Assembly (NCBI GenBank): GCA_951406725.2
Contig: OX597834.1
Location: 35,402,001-35,466,000 of the forward strand
Length of the DNA: 64,000 nucleotides
Direction of reading: 5' to 3'
Origin: Octopus vulgaris
Lineage: Eukaryota
Shown: positions 49,101 to 63,594 of the stretch, one piece after another
How the letters are laid out: each line of letters opens with the position of its first letter
Numbering within the stretch: position 1 is the stretch's first letter
Made by a program: the position numbers and the translations under genes
The notes under the pieces: generated by a model
Told to the model about the DNA's origin: nothing
The model's database searches: none
What the model saw: only the letters and a program-made list of their open reading frames with translations

Positions 49101-49294
49101 TTATTTTTTGTGTTGGGGAAAACGTTGAGCAATGGAATTCAATGTCAAGTTGTTAATGCAACTCTATATAATCCAAGACATGTGTTGATAGGTCTTGAAT
49201 GTTATCATCGCTGCCTATATATATGAATGTATGTATGCGTGTGCGTATGGATGGATGGATGGGTGGATGTATGGGTGAATGTATGTATGTGTAT

Positions 49295-49690
49295 GTATCT
49301 ATGTAGGTTTGTGTGTGTGTATGTATGGCTGTATGTATGGGTGTGTATGTATGTATGTGTGCATGTATTAAGTATGTGTGTAAGTATGTTGTTCTGTGTG
49401 TGTGATATCTATGTAGGTTTGTGTGTGCATGTGTGTGTGTATGTATGGCTGTATGTATGGGTGTGTATGTATGTATGTGTGCATGTATTAAGTGTATATG
49501 TATGTTGTTCTATGTGTGTGATATCTATGTAGGTTTGTGTGTGCATGTGTATGTATGTATGTATGGGTGTATATGTATGTATGCATGTATTAAGTATGTG
49601 TGTATGTACGTTGTTCTATGTGTGTGTGTATCTATGTAGGTTTGTGTGTGCATGTGTGTGTGTGAGTGTATGTATGGGTCTGTATGTATG
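49295..49690 (+). repeat. TG-rich tandem repeat of about 110-120 bp, about 3 copies
   Basis: ATCTATGTAGGTTTGTGTG..GCATGTATTAAGT..TTGTTCT recurring. Confidence 0.75.
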
Positions 49691-50370
49691 TATGTGTGTA
49701 TGAATGTGTGTATGTATGTTGTACTTCAGTTTTATTTCAAGATTTCTTGCCAATAGAAAAAGAGCCGGTTTCTAACCTAGATCCAAGACCCCTTCATTGG
49801 AATTTCAACATCAACAACAACAGGGTATTTTTGCTTGTTTGTATGTATGTATGTATGTATGTATGTATGTATGTATGTATGTATGTATGTATGTATGTAT
49901 GGATGTATGTATGTATGTATGTATGTATGTATGTGTGTATGTGTGTATGTATGTATGTATGTGTGTATGTGTGTATGTATGTATGTATGTATGTATGTAT
50001 GTATGTATGTATGTATGTATGGATGTATGTATGTATGTATGTATGAAGCATGTATACTGGTATGTTTATCTATGTTTGTGAGTATATATATATATATACA
50101 TATGTACACATACATACTCACACACACATACACACGCACACATATATATATAAAGGCAAATTTTAATTAATCGAGAATATCTTGCGTATGTCATTCAGTA
50201 CTCCATCCTTACCTCCCATAAATACGCGCACACACACTCACGCACACACACTCACGCACACACACACACACGCACACACATATGCGTGTTTTGTATACGT
50301 ATTCGTGTTCGCGCGCGCGCGTGCATATGTGTTTGTACAATTTTCATTAAGAACAACAAATAAACTATTT

Positions 50371-50909
50371 ACCACCGTCACCACCACCACCAGCGCCATC
50401 AACACCACCACCGTCACCACCACCACCACCACTACTGCCATCGCCACCCCATCACCACTACCACCGCCACTACCACCGCCACCACCGTCACCGCTATCAC
50501 CATCACCACTACCACTACCACCACCACTACCACCACTACCACCACCACCACCACCACTACCACCACCACCACCACCACTACACCACCACCACCACCACCA
50601 CCGCTACCACCATCACCACTACCACCACCACTACCACCACCACTACTACCACCACCACCACCACCGTCACCGCTACCACCACCACACACCACCACCACCA
50701 CCACCACCGCTACCACCATCACCACTACCACCACCACTACTACCACCACTACTACCACCACCACCACCACTACTACCACCACCACCATTACTACCACCAC
50801 CATCACCACCGTCACCGCTACCACCATCACCACTACCACCACCACCACTACCACCACCACTACCTACCACCACCACCACCACCACCACCACCACCACCAC
50901 CACCACCAC
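50371..50909 (+). repeat. (CCA/CTA)n trinucleotide repeat
   Basis: About 540 bp of imperfect ACC repeat. Confidence 0.95.
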
Positions 50910-51013
50910 GTAAGTTGAGCTTCGTATGTAATATGTCTACGTGACAGAACTATTGCTGTATAAATAGCGACTGCTTTGGTTTGATATGGTTTGATGGAGA
51001 GAGAACACTGCTT

Positions 51014-51059
<46 letters not shown>

Positions 51060-51253
51060 TTGTGTGAGTATCGTGTGCCTCTATATGTGTGTAGGTACTT
51101 TTGTGTGTGTGTAGATTTGTGATTATCTTGGGTGTAGCTTTGTGTGCATGTGTGTATGTGTGTGTGTGTACTTATCTGTGTATGGATATGTGTGTAGCTG
51201 GGCCTCAACGTGTATGTAGAAGTATATAGATGTGTGTGGTTAGCCACATGTTT

Positions 51254-51305
<52 letters not shown>

Positions 51306-51573
51306 TAATTAATAGAAGACAGGTTTTCAAATTTTTTCTTATAAGATTGACAGAAGTAGTTGGGTTTAACCCTAGGCGTCGAGAGTCGCTGATGCGGATT
51401 AAGAGGATATGCATAAAAATCCGAAATCGTTCGATCCAGGGATATGTGGGTTTTGAGTTATTTTAACTCTTGTTTCTACCAATAGCTGGTGCTGATGTGT
51501 ACCCTCTGTACTCTTGTGACCTCTATTAATTTTGCCTTTAGGGTCTAATTGCCATTAAGTCACCCATTTAATT

Positions 51574-51621
<48 letters not shown>

Positions 51622-51756
51622 TATATATTAAATACATTTATATATACATATACATATATATATGTATATATATATATATACACATACATATATATAAATA
51701 CCTACACATACATATTTATATATACATACACACACATACATCATACATACATACAT

Positions 51757-51803
<47 letters not shown>

Positions 51804-51812
51804 CATATGCAT

Positions 51813-51843
<31 letters not shown>

Positions 51844-53030
51844 GTAGCTGTGTAATGTGTAGGTTTGTGTGTTTAGCTGTGTACAGATGTGTGTGTGTGT
51901 GTAGCTGCTTGTAGATATGAACAGTCTTAGGTCATATGTTAGAAACGAATATAAACACGTGTGTAGAGCTGTTATTTAATTTCAGATTATCGCCGATGGA
52001 GCGGTTCTAAGATCAGAGGCGGCCCAACCGTGACCATCTCGTATATTATTCCAATACAGTGTGTCTAAAAATACCTTAATGTCACGCACACCTTTCCACA
52101 ACAGTGATACTTGCCACTGTAGTATTTCTTTCTGAAGAAATACAATTGTCCGAAACGTCGAATTTGCAACACTTCGTGGCAAATAAACTCACAAGACTCA
52201 TAAATCTTATTTCTTTACTGCCTACAAGGGGCCACACAAAGAAGGGACAAATAAGGACAGACAAACGGATTAAGTCGATTATATCGACCCCAGTCGATAT
52301 TTAATCGACTCCGAAAGGATGAAAGGCAAAACTCATAAATCTAATGCTTCGTAGATGTGATTCCGTTTTAAGAAATTTCGAATACCCGTACCCGACAAAG
52401 AGTTTGTGCCTTATAATCTTATCCTTCTAAATACATAATGCATTGATACACAAATATCGCTGTGCTGGAGAAAAGAAAAATGCTGTAAATGTTCTAAACT
52501 TAAGTGAATGTTGTTCTTCGTGGCGTTATTGATATTGCTATTAAATGTATTCGGCGAATTTAAACTTATTTTTTTATTTGTTTCAGTCATTAGACTGCGG
52601 CCATGCTGGAGCACCGCCTTGAATTTTTAGTCTGATGGATCGATCCCAGTACTCATTTAAAGAAAATCTTGGTACTTATCCTACCGGTCTTTTTTGCCGA
52701 ACCGCTAAGTTACGGGGGATGTAAACACACTGGTTGTCAAGCAGTGGTGAGACAAACGCAGACACAATGACACACACACACATACGCATATATATATATA
52801 TATATACGACGGGCTTCTTTCAATTTCCATCAACCAAATCCACTCACAAGACGTTGGTTGCGCCGAAGCTTTAGTAAAGAGACAGGCGACAATTGATGAA
52901 GGGTCGTTCTTTATGTTACTTGCCTGTTTTCCATTTGTTTCTCTCGTTGTTTGCGTATTGAACTCATATGTTTTCGTACTTCATGTTGTCTACTGTTGGT
53001 GACGTTCTGTACCCATATATGCATGTGTGG

Positions 53031-53108
<78 letters not shown>

Positions 53109-53341
53109 AATAATAAAAGGGTAAAATTAATTAATTATTAATTAATAATTTTACCAATTAGTGTTCAGTCTGTAAAAAGACCATTTACGGTATATTTAAA
53201 ACATTACGTTATATAATTAGGGTTCAGTAAAATAATTTACTTTACCACACACCGAACTTTTAGAAATAGCAGCCAAAAAATTTTAGCTATTTCCTCTACT
53301 ATAAGAAAAGTCTCCCAGACAATGTATACTCAAAAATAATG

Positions 53342-53383
<42 letters not shown>

Positions 53384-53614
53384 TTACACACACACACATA
53401 TGCATACAAGCATATATACATATGATATATAAATATATGTATACACATACACACAAACATATATAAACGTATAGTGCCATAATGCCATACAGTTCACGAT
53501 TAAACAGAACGATAGCGTAACATCAGGTAAGATAGAAAACACAGTGCGCTCGAGACGGTCATTGGTACATCAACAATTCCCGAGTTAAAATAAGAAACAA
53601 ATAGGTTTTTTTCT

Positions 53615-53740
53615 CTAGTGAGCTACGACAGGTCTTAATGCTGTGAGCTGAATAAGGCCTTTTCCTCTTGAGGGAACTAGAACTGTTACACCACAGACTA
53701 TAATAGGGCTGTACAGGGACGACGGCTTTAATGGTTTCCA
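53615..53740 (+). mobile_element. Penelope-like element RT remnant
   Basis: SYDRS*CCEL...IGLYRDDGF resembles the PLE RT motif GSYDGAE.CEL...GLYRDDG. Confidence 0.6.
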
Positions 53741-54039
53741 GGTACCGGAGTAAAGGAACAGTCGATACGTTCAGTAAAAAGAAAAAAAAAATGTATGTGC
53801 ATTTACGTAGGTGCTTGTGTGTGTATTTCTATGTTTTGGTACTCAAGTTTATCGATCAAACTTTGTCTTAATCTTTTTGATCCGGTCAAGTTAAATATCA
53901 ATATTATCCTTTGGTTAAAAGAAGTGTTGTATACACAAAAGCTGAAGGTAAACCAACCAAGTATCTATTTCTTGCCATTTAATTATGCACATTTTAGATA
54001 TACATACATTCACTCTCACATAATCACACACATACACAC

Positions 54040-54229
54040 AAGGGTATCGCAAAAGACCTGGTTGGAGGCTCAAACTTCTGAGTTCTTTTAGAGAGCTTAG
54101 AAAAGCCGAAGGACCCCTGTAATAAGAGTGTGAATCTGAAAGGAGAATATATTGAATAAAATCATAATTAACTCATCCTCATGTATTTTCTTTTACCCAA
54201 AACCAGGAACTTTTCAGCCCCCTCTCGTA
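54040..54229 (+). mobile_element. mariner (irritans-like) 3' remnant
   Basis: WLEAQTSEFF..LEK..CNKSVNLKGEYIE*, then TIR-like AACTTTTCAGCCCCCTCTCG|TA. Confidence 0.7.
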
Positions 54230-54324
54230 ATATTTCAAACTGATATATTAACCAACGGATCACAATGCAATAAATGAACATGAACAGTTTTTAAGTGGCT
54301 AATATCGAAAGTATTAATGATGAT

Positions 54325-54689
54325 GATATAGTTGAGGTTGCATGACCCTTTGACCCAGAATAGTCAAGACGGAAGACGAAAAGATAGATACAACCCTCTT
54401 AAGGACAAAATAGCCCGGTTGTGGAAAATGAAGAAGGTGAAGAAAGTGCTGATTATTGTTGGGTCCTTGGGAACAATATCAGAAGGCATCAAGGGGAATA
54501 TAAAGAAAATTGGAATAGAGTGCCTTGTAGAATTGCTACAAAAGTTTGCCTCCTTGGCACGGTCAGAATAATCAGGAAAGTATTAGATAGTCGAAAAGAA
54601 CGAATAGTATGGTACCGTAGGCTGCAGATGGTAAGCCCGCTATGCATGCAAGACTCCAGGGGTTCCAACAAAACCTGTGATAAAGGGGA

Positions 54690-54725
<36 letters not shown>
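54325..54725 (+). mobile_element. R4/Dong-like LINE 3' end (restriction-like endonuclease domain) with (TAA)n tail
   Basis: RYNPLKDKIARLWKMKKV..IIVGSLGTI..ELLQK/VCLLGTVRIIRKVL; one frameshift. Confidence 0.8.
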
Positions 54726-54727
<2 letters not shown>

Positions 54728-55317
54728 TCCTTTCTACTAGGTCTGAAATTAGGGGGAAGGGGGTAAGTCGATTACATCAACTCCAGTCCACAATTGGTAC
54801 TTACTTTATCGACCCCGAAAAGGTTGAAAGGCAAACTTGACCTCGACGTAATTTGAACTCACCGTAAAGACGTACGAAATGCCTCTAAACATTTTGCCCG
54901 GCGTGCTAACGATTCTGCCAGCTCGCCGCCTTGACAACAACAACAACGACGATGATGATAATGACGATGATGATGATGATGATTTCTTTATTGCCACACA
55001 GGCAGCGAATGAGGAAGGCCGGAGAACGGGATACAAAGAATTCAATAAAATTAAATGTCAAAATCGGAAAAAAAAAAAAAAAAAAAAAAAAATAAATGTT
55101 TAGAAAAGGGATAAAAAAATCAATATAATTAAAAAAAAATTACAAATCACAAATAAACAAAAGAAAAAGGAAAAAGTGAACTTAACAAAACCCGTTTCCT
55201 ACCCGGCAAATATCACTTTACAGGATGTTGTGAGTGTGAGGACGAATGGTTTTACATATAAGGACATACATATTAATGTGTTCTGGGTGTGCAAGCGCAC
55301 ACATCTATGTACGCATT

Positions 55318-55381
<64 letters not shown>

Positions 55382-55406
55382 TATACATAAATATACATAT
55401 ATATAC

Positions 55407-55556
<150 letters not shown>

Positions 55557-55591
55557 ATACATACATATATATATATACATACATATATATC

Positions 55592-55623
<32 letters not shown>

Positions 55624-55669
55624 ATTGTGTGTGTGATTGTATGTGTGCGCGTGTGAGTGTGTGCATATA

Positions 55670-56300
55670 TAGGGTGTTCAGGCTACATTTAACGATTTAT
55701 ATGTCACCTTTTTTCAAGAACAGCTTGATGTTTTGGTGAACATTCAACGGCTTTGGAGAGCTTAAAGATTAGAATTGTAGTTGAGAAAAAGTCAGCTGAC
55801 ATGGAGAAGTGGAAGCCATCTGAATATTGGAAAATAGTTACCGGTATCGTAACGATTGGCGCCGGGCCCAAAAAATTGCTGACATCATGACCGCTACGCA
55901 ATGCTCTGGGAATACTTGTAGAGGCTGCAAGACAAGAGATAGACAGCAGCAACGGAGACTACGAAGCCGTGGTCAACAGGAAGAGACACGGAGACTACGA
56001 AGCCATGGTCAGCAGGAAGAGACACGGAGACTACGAAGCCGTTGTCAGCAGGAAGAGACACGGCAGGCGTTGTGACTTCGTCCGCATATTGAGTGTCGTC
56101 CAACAACCGATGGACGAGGCCTTGTGCTCAATTCAGACGGCTATGTGAGTCTGTTGGAGAATGTAGCCAAACCCTGACTGCGCATGGTTGCTGCTGGAAG
56201 GCCTTAGGCGTGGCAGCAGGGCTTGGCTCCTTGCCATACACCCGGAAAAAGTGTCAGAAGTGGGTGTCAGAAAATTTCTACAACCTCACTAGCCCCAGTT
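55670..56300 (+). mobile_element. maT/DD37D-like Tc1-mariner remnant with internal 36-bp triplication
   Basis: TIR-like AGGGTGTTCAGGCTA; GLVLNSDGYVSLLENVAKP*LRMVAAGRP*AWQQGLAPCHT..QKWVSENFYNLTSP; three copies of GGAGACTACGAAGCCGTGGTCAACAGGAAGAGACAC. Confidence 0.75.
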
Positions 56301-56311
56301 TTTATTTCTGG

Positions 56312-56377
<66 letters not shown>

Positions 56378-56437
56378 TTAATATTTTGTCTTTTCCTCTT
56401 CTGCAAACTGTCAAATTTAGCCCAACACCATGTACAT

Positions 56438-56972
56438 ACAGACATGGCTGTGTGGTTGAAAAGATAGTTTCTCAAGGGTGTGGTTCGGGTTCAGTCCAAC
56501 TGCGCGGCACCTGAGGTAAGTGACCTCTCCTATAGTCCCGGGTCGATGGAAGACATGTGAGTATATTTGGTAGAAGGAAACCGAAAGAAGCCTGTTATAT
56601 ATTCTTTTGTCTTCCTTTTTCCTTTTATTTGTTTCAGTCATTTGACTGCGGCCATGCTGGAGCTCCGCCTTTAGTCGAACAAATCGACCCCAGGACTTAT
56701 TCTTTGTAAGCCTAGTACTTATTCTATCATTCTGTTTTGCTGAACCGCTAAGTTACGGGGAACGTTAACATACCAACATCGGTTGTAAAGCGATGGTGGG
56801 GAACAAACACAGACACACACAACACACACACACATACGACAGGCTTCTTTCAGTTTCCGTCAACCAAATCCACTCACAAGGCTTTTGTTGGCCCGAAGCT
56901 ATAATAGAAAACACAGTGGGACTGAACCCAGAATCATGTGGTTGGGAAGCAAGCTTCGTACCATACAGCCAC
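56438..56972. mobile_element. Two SINE A copies in opposite orientation
   Basis: Partial + copy 56438-56597; - copy 56620-56972. Confidence 0.8.
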
Positions 56973-57753
56973 TTGGTTTTATGTTCAATTATAAAAAAAA
57001 AATATAATCTTACATTAATCTGAAGGGTTGCACCATATTTTTAGAGAGAACTATTTATTATTCTTTAATGTCAATGCTATTCTTGTTAAAGAATGATATA
57101 TGTATTATTTTATACGTGTGTGTGTGTGTGTTTGTGTGTAAATAAAGTTCAAGATAGGAAAACAGCAGGAATAGACTTGACTGATGGCTACTGGTACGAA
57201 AAAGAAAAACAATCAGCAACGAAGAACGAAAAAAAAACAAAAAAAAAAAAACGAACAAAATAAATCCAAAAATAAAAGAAAAACGGAAAACAACTGCAAA
57301 ACACTGGTAATTTATCGGCAGTTCTTTATCAACTTCTGTCAGCAAGCTCTCGGTGGGGATATAAGTATACCAAATTAGCAGAAACAATTCTGATATGGAA
57401 ACCAAATTCCACTCAGAATGGTGAAGAACTAACTACCAGCCAAACTGATTAGCAGAATATAAATGAATAAAATGTATATTTCTTTACTGCCCACAAGGGG
57501 CTAAACATAGAGAGGACAAACAAGGACAGACAAAGGGATTAAGTCGATTACATCGACCCCAGTGCGAAACTGGTACTTTTTTTATTTATCGACCCCGAAA
57601 GGATGAAAGGCAAAGTCGACCTCGGCGGAATTTGAACTCAGAACGTGTATACAAGTCTGAATCGGTGCCTCTTGTACAAACTGGGATTGTTACGTCCACC
57701 CTTCGGTGCGACGAAGACCATCTGGTCATCTTAAAATATGACTTCGTTTAAGG

Positions 57754-58042
57754 CAGTGGTTACCAAGCTTTTTCAGGCTGCGGCCCTTTCGGCACTTGAG
57801 CTGCATTCTCAGCGCCCCTTCTCCTTTCACTGTCACAAACGCTGACCACTTTCTGCAGCAAATTCAAAACTGTATTTCAGAAATAAGACTTAACTTAATT
57901 AACCTTTTATTTTAGTTTTTTTTTAACATCCATCGCCCCCTTTTCGGCCACCCATTATCACCCCACTTTTCTTCCACGCCTTCCCCACTGGATCTTTGCA
58001 CCGCCCCCAAGGGGGAAGTACCGCCCGCTTTGAGAACTACTG
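57754..58042. mobile_element. hAT-type MITE
   Basis: CAGTGGTTACCAAG / TTTGAGAACTACTG, degenerate TSD GTTTAAGG/ATTTAAAG. Confidence 0.7.
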
Positions 58043-58710
58043 ATTTAAAGTGAAGAAGTGCTGTGCACCTTCAGCTTCACTCTCTCGTCCGTGATCATCT
58101 TCAATGCAGTGGCAAGACCAGGTCGAAATGTCTGGAGATGGAGACAGATGCAGCAGATGACCAAGGTGTATTGCTTGCTTCGTCTTGCTCTCTGCAGCCA
58201 CCTTCCTCTCCGTTGAACCATGGAAGTCTCTTCCGCTGAGTCCACTGGGCCCAGTTTCCAAATGCATAGGCAGGCAAGCACTAAGATATTGATTAACCGA
58301 TCGCTGGGACCCTTCGGGTCAGCATAGATCTGGGAAGAATAGTAGATAAGAGTGGTCCCACCTTCCTCAAAACAGTGGGACTCCGGAGCCAGGTCCCCAT
58401 TACCGGATGCTGTTTAAAGCCATACCCAGGACAACAGTGAATTGTGATTATACGTTTACTCTTGGAGTCAAACAAACAACTGGATAGAAAGGAGTTTGTG
58501 GTTGTGCTGAGCAACTTCAAATCAACATCATGTGATGTCAGAGGAAAGGTAGTGAGTTAGCAGAATCATTACGCTATTTGTGCTCAGAGTTCAAATTCCG
58601 CTGAGGTCGACTTTGCTATTTATTTTTCCGGGTTCGATAAAATGGGTACAAGTTGAACATTGGAGTCTACGTAATCGACCAGACTATTCCACAAAATTTC
58701 AGGCCTTGTG

Positions 58711-59740
58711 TCTGTAGTAGAAAGGATTATGTCATATCAGAAGAAAGGCGGCAAAATGGCAGAATCGTTAGCGCGTTAGACAAAATGCTAAGCAACATTT
58801 CTTCTGGCTCTACGTTCTAAAATCAAATATCGCCGAGGTCAACTTTGCCTTTCATCCTTTCGGGGGTCGATAAAATAAGTATCGGTTGAGCACTGGGGTC
58901 AATATAATCGTCTTAACTCCTCCACCGATATTGCTGGCCTTGTGCCAAAAAATTGAAACCGAAATGAACGATATGAAGAGTCTGGTTCTGGTTACGATAT
59001 TCTCAGAGGATACAGGGATGGAGTTTGGCCATCAAATACAGGCAAAATCAAATACCACATAACATAAATTCTTGATTAACTAAAATTATCTCCGCTTCGG
59101 TAGACTGGATCATAATTAACAAATTGCAATTAAGACCAGTTCCACTTGAGAAGGGGAAATAATTTTCACATGCAAGAATTCTCCGAAGCTGGCGGGCCAT
59201 TAATTTGTCCACCGCTGTCCTCTTATCTGTAGTAGAAAGGATTATGTCATATCAGAAGAAAGGCGGCAAAATGGCAGAATCGTTAGCGCGTTAGACAAAA
59301 TGCTAAGCAACATTTCTTCTGGCTCTACGTTCTAAATTCAAATATCGCCGAGGTCAACTTTGCCTTTCATCCTTTCGGGGGGTCGATAAAATAAGTATCG
59401 GTTGAGCACTGGGGTCAATATAATCGTCTTAACTCCTCCACCGATATTGCTGGCCTTGTGCCAAAAAATTGAAACCGAAATGAACGATATGAAGAGTCTG
59501 GTCCTGGTTACGATATTCTCAGAGGATACAGGGATGGAGTTTGGCCATCAAATACCACATAACAATGAGAGTTCATTGCATAGGTCATCGAACTAAAATT
59601 ATCTCCGCCTCGGTAGACTGGATCATAATTAACAAATTGCAATTAAGATCAGTTCCACTTGAGAAAGGGAAATAATTTTCACATGCAAGAATTCTCCGAA
59701 GGTGGCGGGCCATTAATGTGTCCACTGCTGTCCTCTTATC
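58711..59740 (+). repeat. Recent tandem duplication of about 515 bp
   Basis: Units start at 58711 and 59226; each holds a SINE B and an R4-like RT scrap (IFSEDTGMEFG). Confidence 0.9.
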
Positions 59741-59799
59741 TCTAGACCATGAGGTTTTTTATAGGTAGTGCTGACCCTTTACAAACCCATTTTTACATC

Positions 59800-59935
59800 T
59801 TGGAAGAGGTGACCCATATTAATATGGTATCTATCCTTTGACATGTTTAGCATGGGAGGCCCTACCTGGAGCTTGTGTTTCGCTGGCATAGCTCTCTGGG
59901 TTATTGAGGCACAAAAGCTTCCAAACCGTCAAGCC
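59800..59935 (-). mobile_element. RTE-like LINE 5'UTR fragment
   Basis: Minus GAGAGCTATGCCAGC..GGTAGGGCCTCCCATGC resembles RTE-clade 5'UTRs. Confidence 0.45.
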
Positions 59936-60417
59936 AAGAAATATTTTTAAAAAATGAGCTAAGAAAAAGCATTCAGAATTGTCAATGGCATGTATTTAAA
60001 CAATATAGACAAATACAGGTATATCAAAAACTATACAACATAAATTCATGATTTATCAAAATTATCTCCCACTTTAGAGGCAATTAAGACCAGTCCTATT
60101 TGACAAGGAGAGATAATCTCAATCAAGAATTCCCTCAAGTAACAAGGGTTGGATCTTATGTTGACACGGCTAATTAAGAAATTGAAATTACAAGTTATAA
60201 ATGGCACCGTGAAAATATGTAAAACATTCCGGAAGTTTTGCATGTACAAAATTTAATATGACACGTGATGGGTGTAACCCGATTTTGAGCAGTGCATTCG
60301 CTTGGGTGTTCTCTTAAACATGAGCAGCACAGTTGTGGTTTCTCAGTTCTGCTAGCAAATTAATCTCTTTCGTACATATGTGGTAACGATGCTGCATCCA
60401 AACATACATGATGCATC

Positions 60418-60496
<79 letters not shown>

Positions 60497-60699
60497 CCTT
60501 AATTCGTACATTACAAAGGATCACAATATCTGGAACTATAAGAATCTGCAATACCTTTTTAATATTTAAAAGATAACGGTTAAAACAAGGTATTTTCTTC
60601 ATAACCTTGCTTCCAAGCAAGTGACCGGTCAAAATTTATTCTTAATTAAAAGATTAAGAGTAGAATATACATACATACAGGCATTTATCCATTCAGTTA

Positions 60700-60770
<71 letters not shown>

Positions 60771-60790
60771 ATCCATCCATCCATCCATCC

Positions 60791-60835
<45 letters not shown>

Positions 60836-60875
60836 ATCCATCCATCCATCCATCCATCCATCCATCCATCCATCC

Positions 60876-60934
<59 letters not shown>

Positions 60935-60951
60935 CATCCATCCATCCATCA

Positions 60952-61035
<84 letters not shown>

Positions 61036-61047
61036 ATCCATCCATCC

Positions 61048-61131
<84 letters not shown>
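60700..61131 (+). repeat. (TCTA)n/(TCCA)n compound microsatellite
   Basis: Direct observation. Confidence 0.97.
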
Positions 61132-61147
61132 GGATATATGGCGAATA

Positions 61148-61207
<60 letters not shown>

Positions 61208-61711
61208 CATACACATACATATATGCACGTATACATATATGTATATTACATATGCAAACATACATCATCTATCCACCCCACATTCCGCCTTTAAATGACG
61301 TCACAACATTAAGAAGTTGAGGAAGACGTTCGCGTAGATTCTTTTACTTTTCGACATCCTCTTCCGTCCTCGTTCGGTGTAGTCCTCAACATAAACGCTG
61401 TTGTGCATTCAAAGCACAGCCAAACCCATTTTCACCATTGGTCCGTATCTGTGGAGAGGTCAGCAGGTCAGTACATCTAATATTACATCTGGCTCGAACC
61501 TCATTAATTCAGGAAATATATGTTGTTGTTGTTTTTTAATGCCAAGCCCCTCCTTACGTCAACACAGCGTAGCTTGTTATTTTTGTGAATGAATAGAGTA
61601 GCCAATGATATATTTAGGTTTTCAAAGCATGACCAATTAAAGGGAATCATTTGGAACGTAAAATACTATCAGCTGAGGAAGCCTGATCTTATATATTATA
61701 TGAAATATAAT

Positions 61712-61934
61712 AAGGCGGCGAGCTGGCAGAATCGTTAGCACGCCGGGCGAAATGCGTAGCCGTATTTCGTCTGCCGTTACGTTCTGAGTTCAAATTCCGC
61801 CGAGGTCGATTTTGCCTTTCATCCTTTCGGGGTCGATAAATTAAGTACCAGTTACGCACTGGGGGTAGATATAATCGACTTCATCCGTTTGTTTGTCCCC
61901 TCTGTGTTTAGCCCCTTGTGGGCAGTAAAGAAAT
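61712..61934 (+). mobile_element. SINE family B, full length
   Basis: AAGGCGGCGAGCTGGCAGAATCG...GTAAAGAAAT; ATGAAATATAAT flanks both sides (TSD-like). Confidence 0.9.
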
Positions 61935-62046
61935 ATATATGAAATATAATTTTTCTGAATCTTCAGATTTTACAATATGCTAGGCCACTGGTTTTAAATT
62001 GATATTAATCAAATTAATATTCAATTTTTACCCTTATTATTTATAG

Positions 62047-62144
<98 letters not shown>

Positions 62145-62145
62145 A

Positions 62146-62177
<32 letters not shown>

Positions 62178-62267
62178 GTTAATCCAAACAAGGAAGCACA
62201 AAAAGACACAACAATGCGAGGACGTGGAACAAATATAGTATTATTGGACGCTCAGGAAAGAAGGAGG

Positions 62268-62302
62268 GTTTAACGTTTCGAGCGGAGCTCTTCGTCGGAA
62301 AC
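62268..62302 (-). ncRNA. Hammerhead-like motif in a Penelope-like repeat (62178-62398)
   Basis: Minus GTTT-CCGACGA-A-GAGC-TCC-GCTC-GAAA-CG-TT-AAAC; core has a U4-to-C change; same family as 48221-48432. Confidence 0.6.
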
Positions 62303-62395
62303 ATAGGAGAAGGAAAGAGCCAGAGAAGGGAAGACAGAGGAACAAAAAAAATCGCCAACGGTACACACGAGGTCACATTTTGAAAGACCGGAAGG

Positions 62396-62466
<71 letters not shown>

Positions 62467-62574
62467 ATGTGTGTGTGTATGTGTGTGTGTGTGTGTGTGT
62501 ATATATGTTTTCCTGCATTTCATTCGTTCCGGGTGTGATTTGAAACTGCACCCGATTCCGCCAGCTCGTTGCCT

Positions 62575-63305
62575 TAATATGAATGCTATAATAGTGCTAT
62601 ATCAGAACACTAGAGCTAATGTTCGATCCGCCGACGAAGACACCGACTGCTTCATACTACAGCCAGAGTGCTACAAGCTGATATCCTCGCACTGTACCTA
62701 TTCTTCATATGCCTCGACCAGGGCCGAATTAAGACCCACAAAGGCCCTAAACACTTTCAAGATTTTGGTTCCCTCATATGTATGTAATTCAGTATACAAA
62801 CAATAAGAGCCATAAAATAAATTTTGATTTTTTAAAATGAGAAAACACTAACAGTAAGATGGAAAGTAATCTTTATTTTTGTATACTTCCGCTTTTTTTT
62901 ATATTTGCAAAGTTTTTTTTTTAATTGCAAAGTCTTTGATCACATCCTCGCTATAAACACTTTGAAATTATATTTCCGATCATATAAATCACTTGGAATA
63001 TCATTTTAGCAAGTTTAAACTGATTTCTTTTGTGCCGTAAACCATTTACTATTTCTGTGGTGCCCCCGCTTCCCGCGATGCCCTAAGCACATGCTTATTT
63101 CGCTTAATAGTTATTCCAGCCGTGGCCTCGACTATGTACTAAGGAGAGCACTGGATTCAAAAAGATCGCTTTGGTTTGACTCTTTCACAGAAAAGAAGTA
63201 TTCGATATCTTGCCAAGAACATTACAGATGCTGAATTTGCCGATGATCTGGTCACAATCAGTGATCAGATGAACAATGCTAATATCCTGCTTCTCTCTGG
63301 AGAAT
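62575..63305 (+). mobile_element. RTE-clade RT fragment interrupted by a MITE
   Basis: NAIIVLYQNTRANVRSADEDTD..VLQADILALYLFFICLD|YVLRRALD..KRSIRYLAKNITDAEFADDL. Confidence 0.8.
62719..63124. mobile_element. hAT-type MITE
   Basis: CAGGGCCGAATTAA / TTATTCCAGCCGTG, perfect 8-bp TSD GCCTCGAC. Confidence 0.82.
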
Positions 63306-63594
63306 CTTGATTGAAAGCAAAGGGAAGCAGATTTCGAAAATGTTAATTTTTATTTTCCACTTGGCACTCCATCGTTATATATCTGAAACGATAAATGGAT
63401 GTTATAGATGAAGAATAGAGCTACAAAACCATAAAATATATTTTTCGTGTGTGTTGACTTCAGAAAATATTATTCACCTAACGTAACGCACTCTTCATAA
63501 GATCTATCTCTGTCTTTCTGCCTGTCTATCTAAAAGAACACTGGCAGAGTTTATCAAATCCGATAACTGAATGATTATATATATATATATAGTC

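Noticed and set aside
50182-50913. 243-aa Pro/His/Thr-rich ORF followed by CAC|GTAAGT
   Set aside because: It is the translation of a (CCA)n microsatellite that is open in several frames; the donor-like site has no supporting acceptor or non-repetitive coding sequence
58045-58440. Possible RTE-like LINE pieces on the minus strand
   Set aside because: Resemblance is weak and the family could not be fixed
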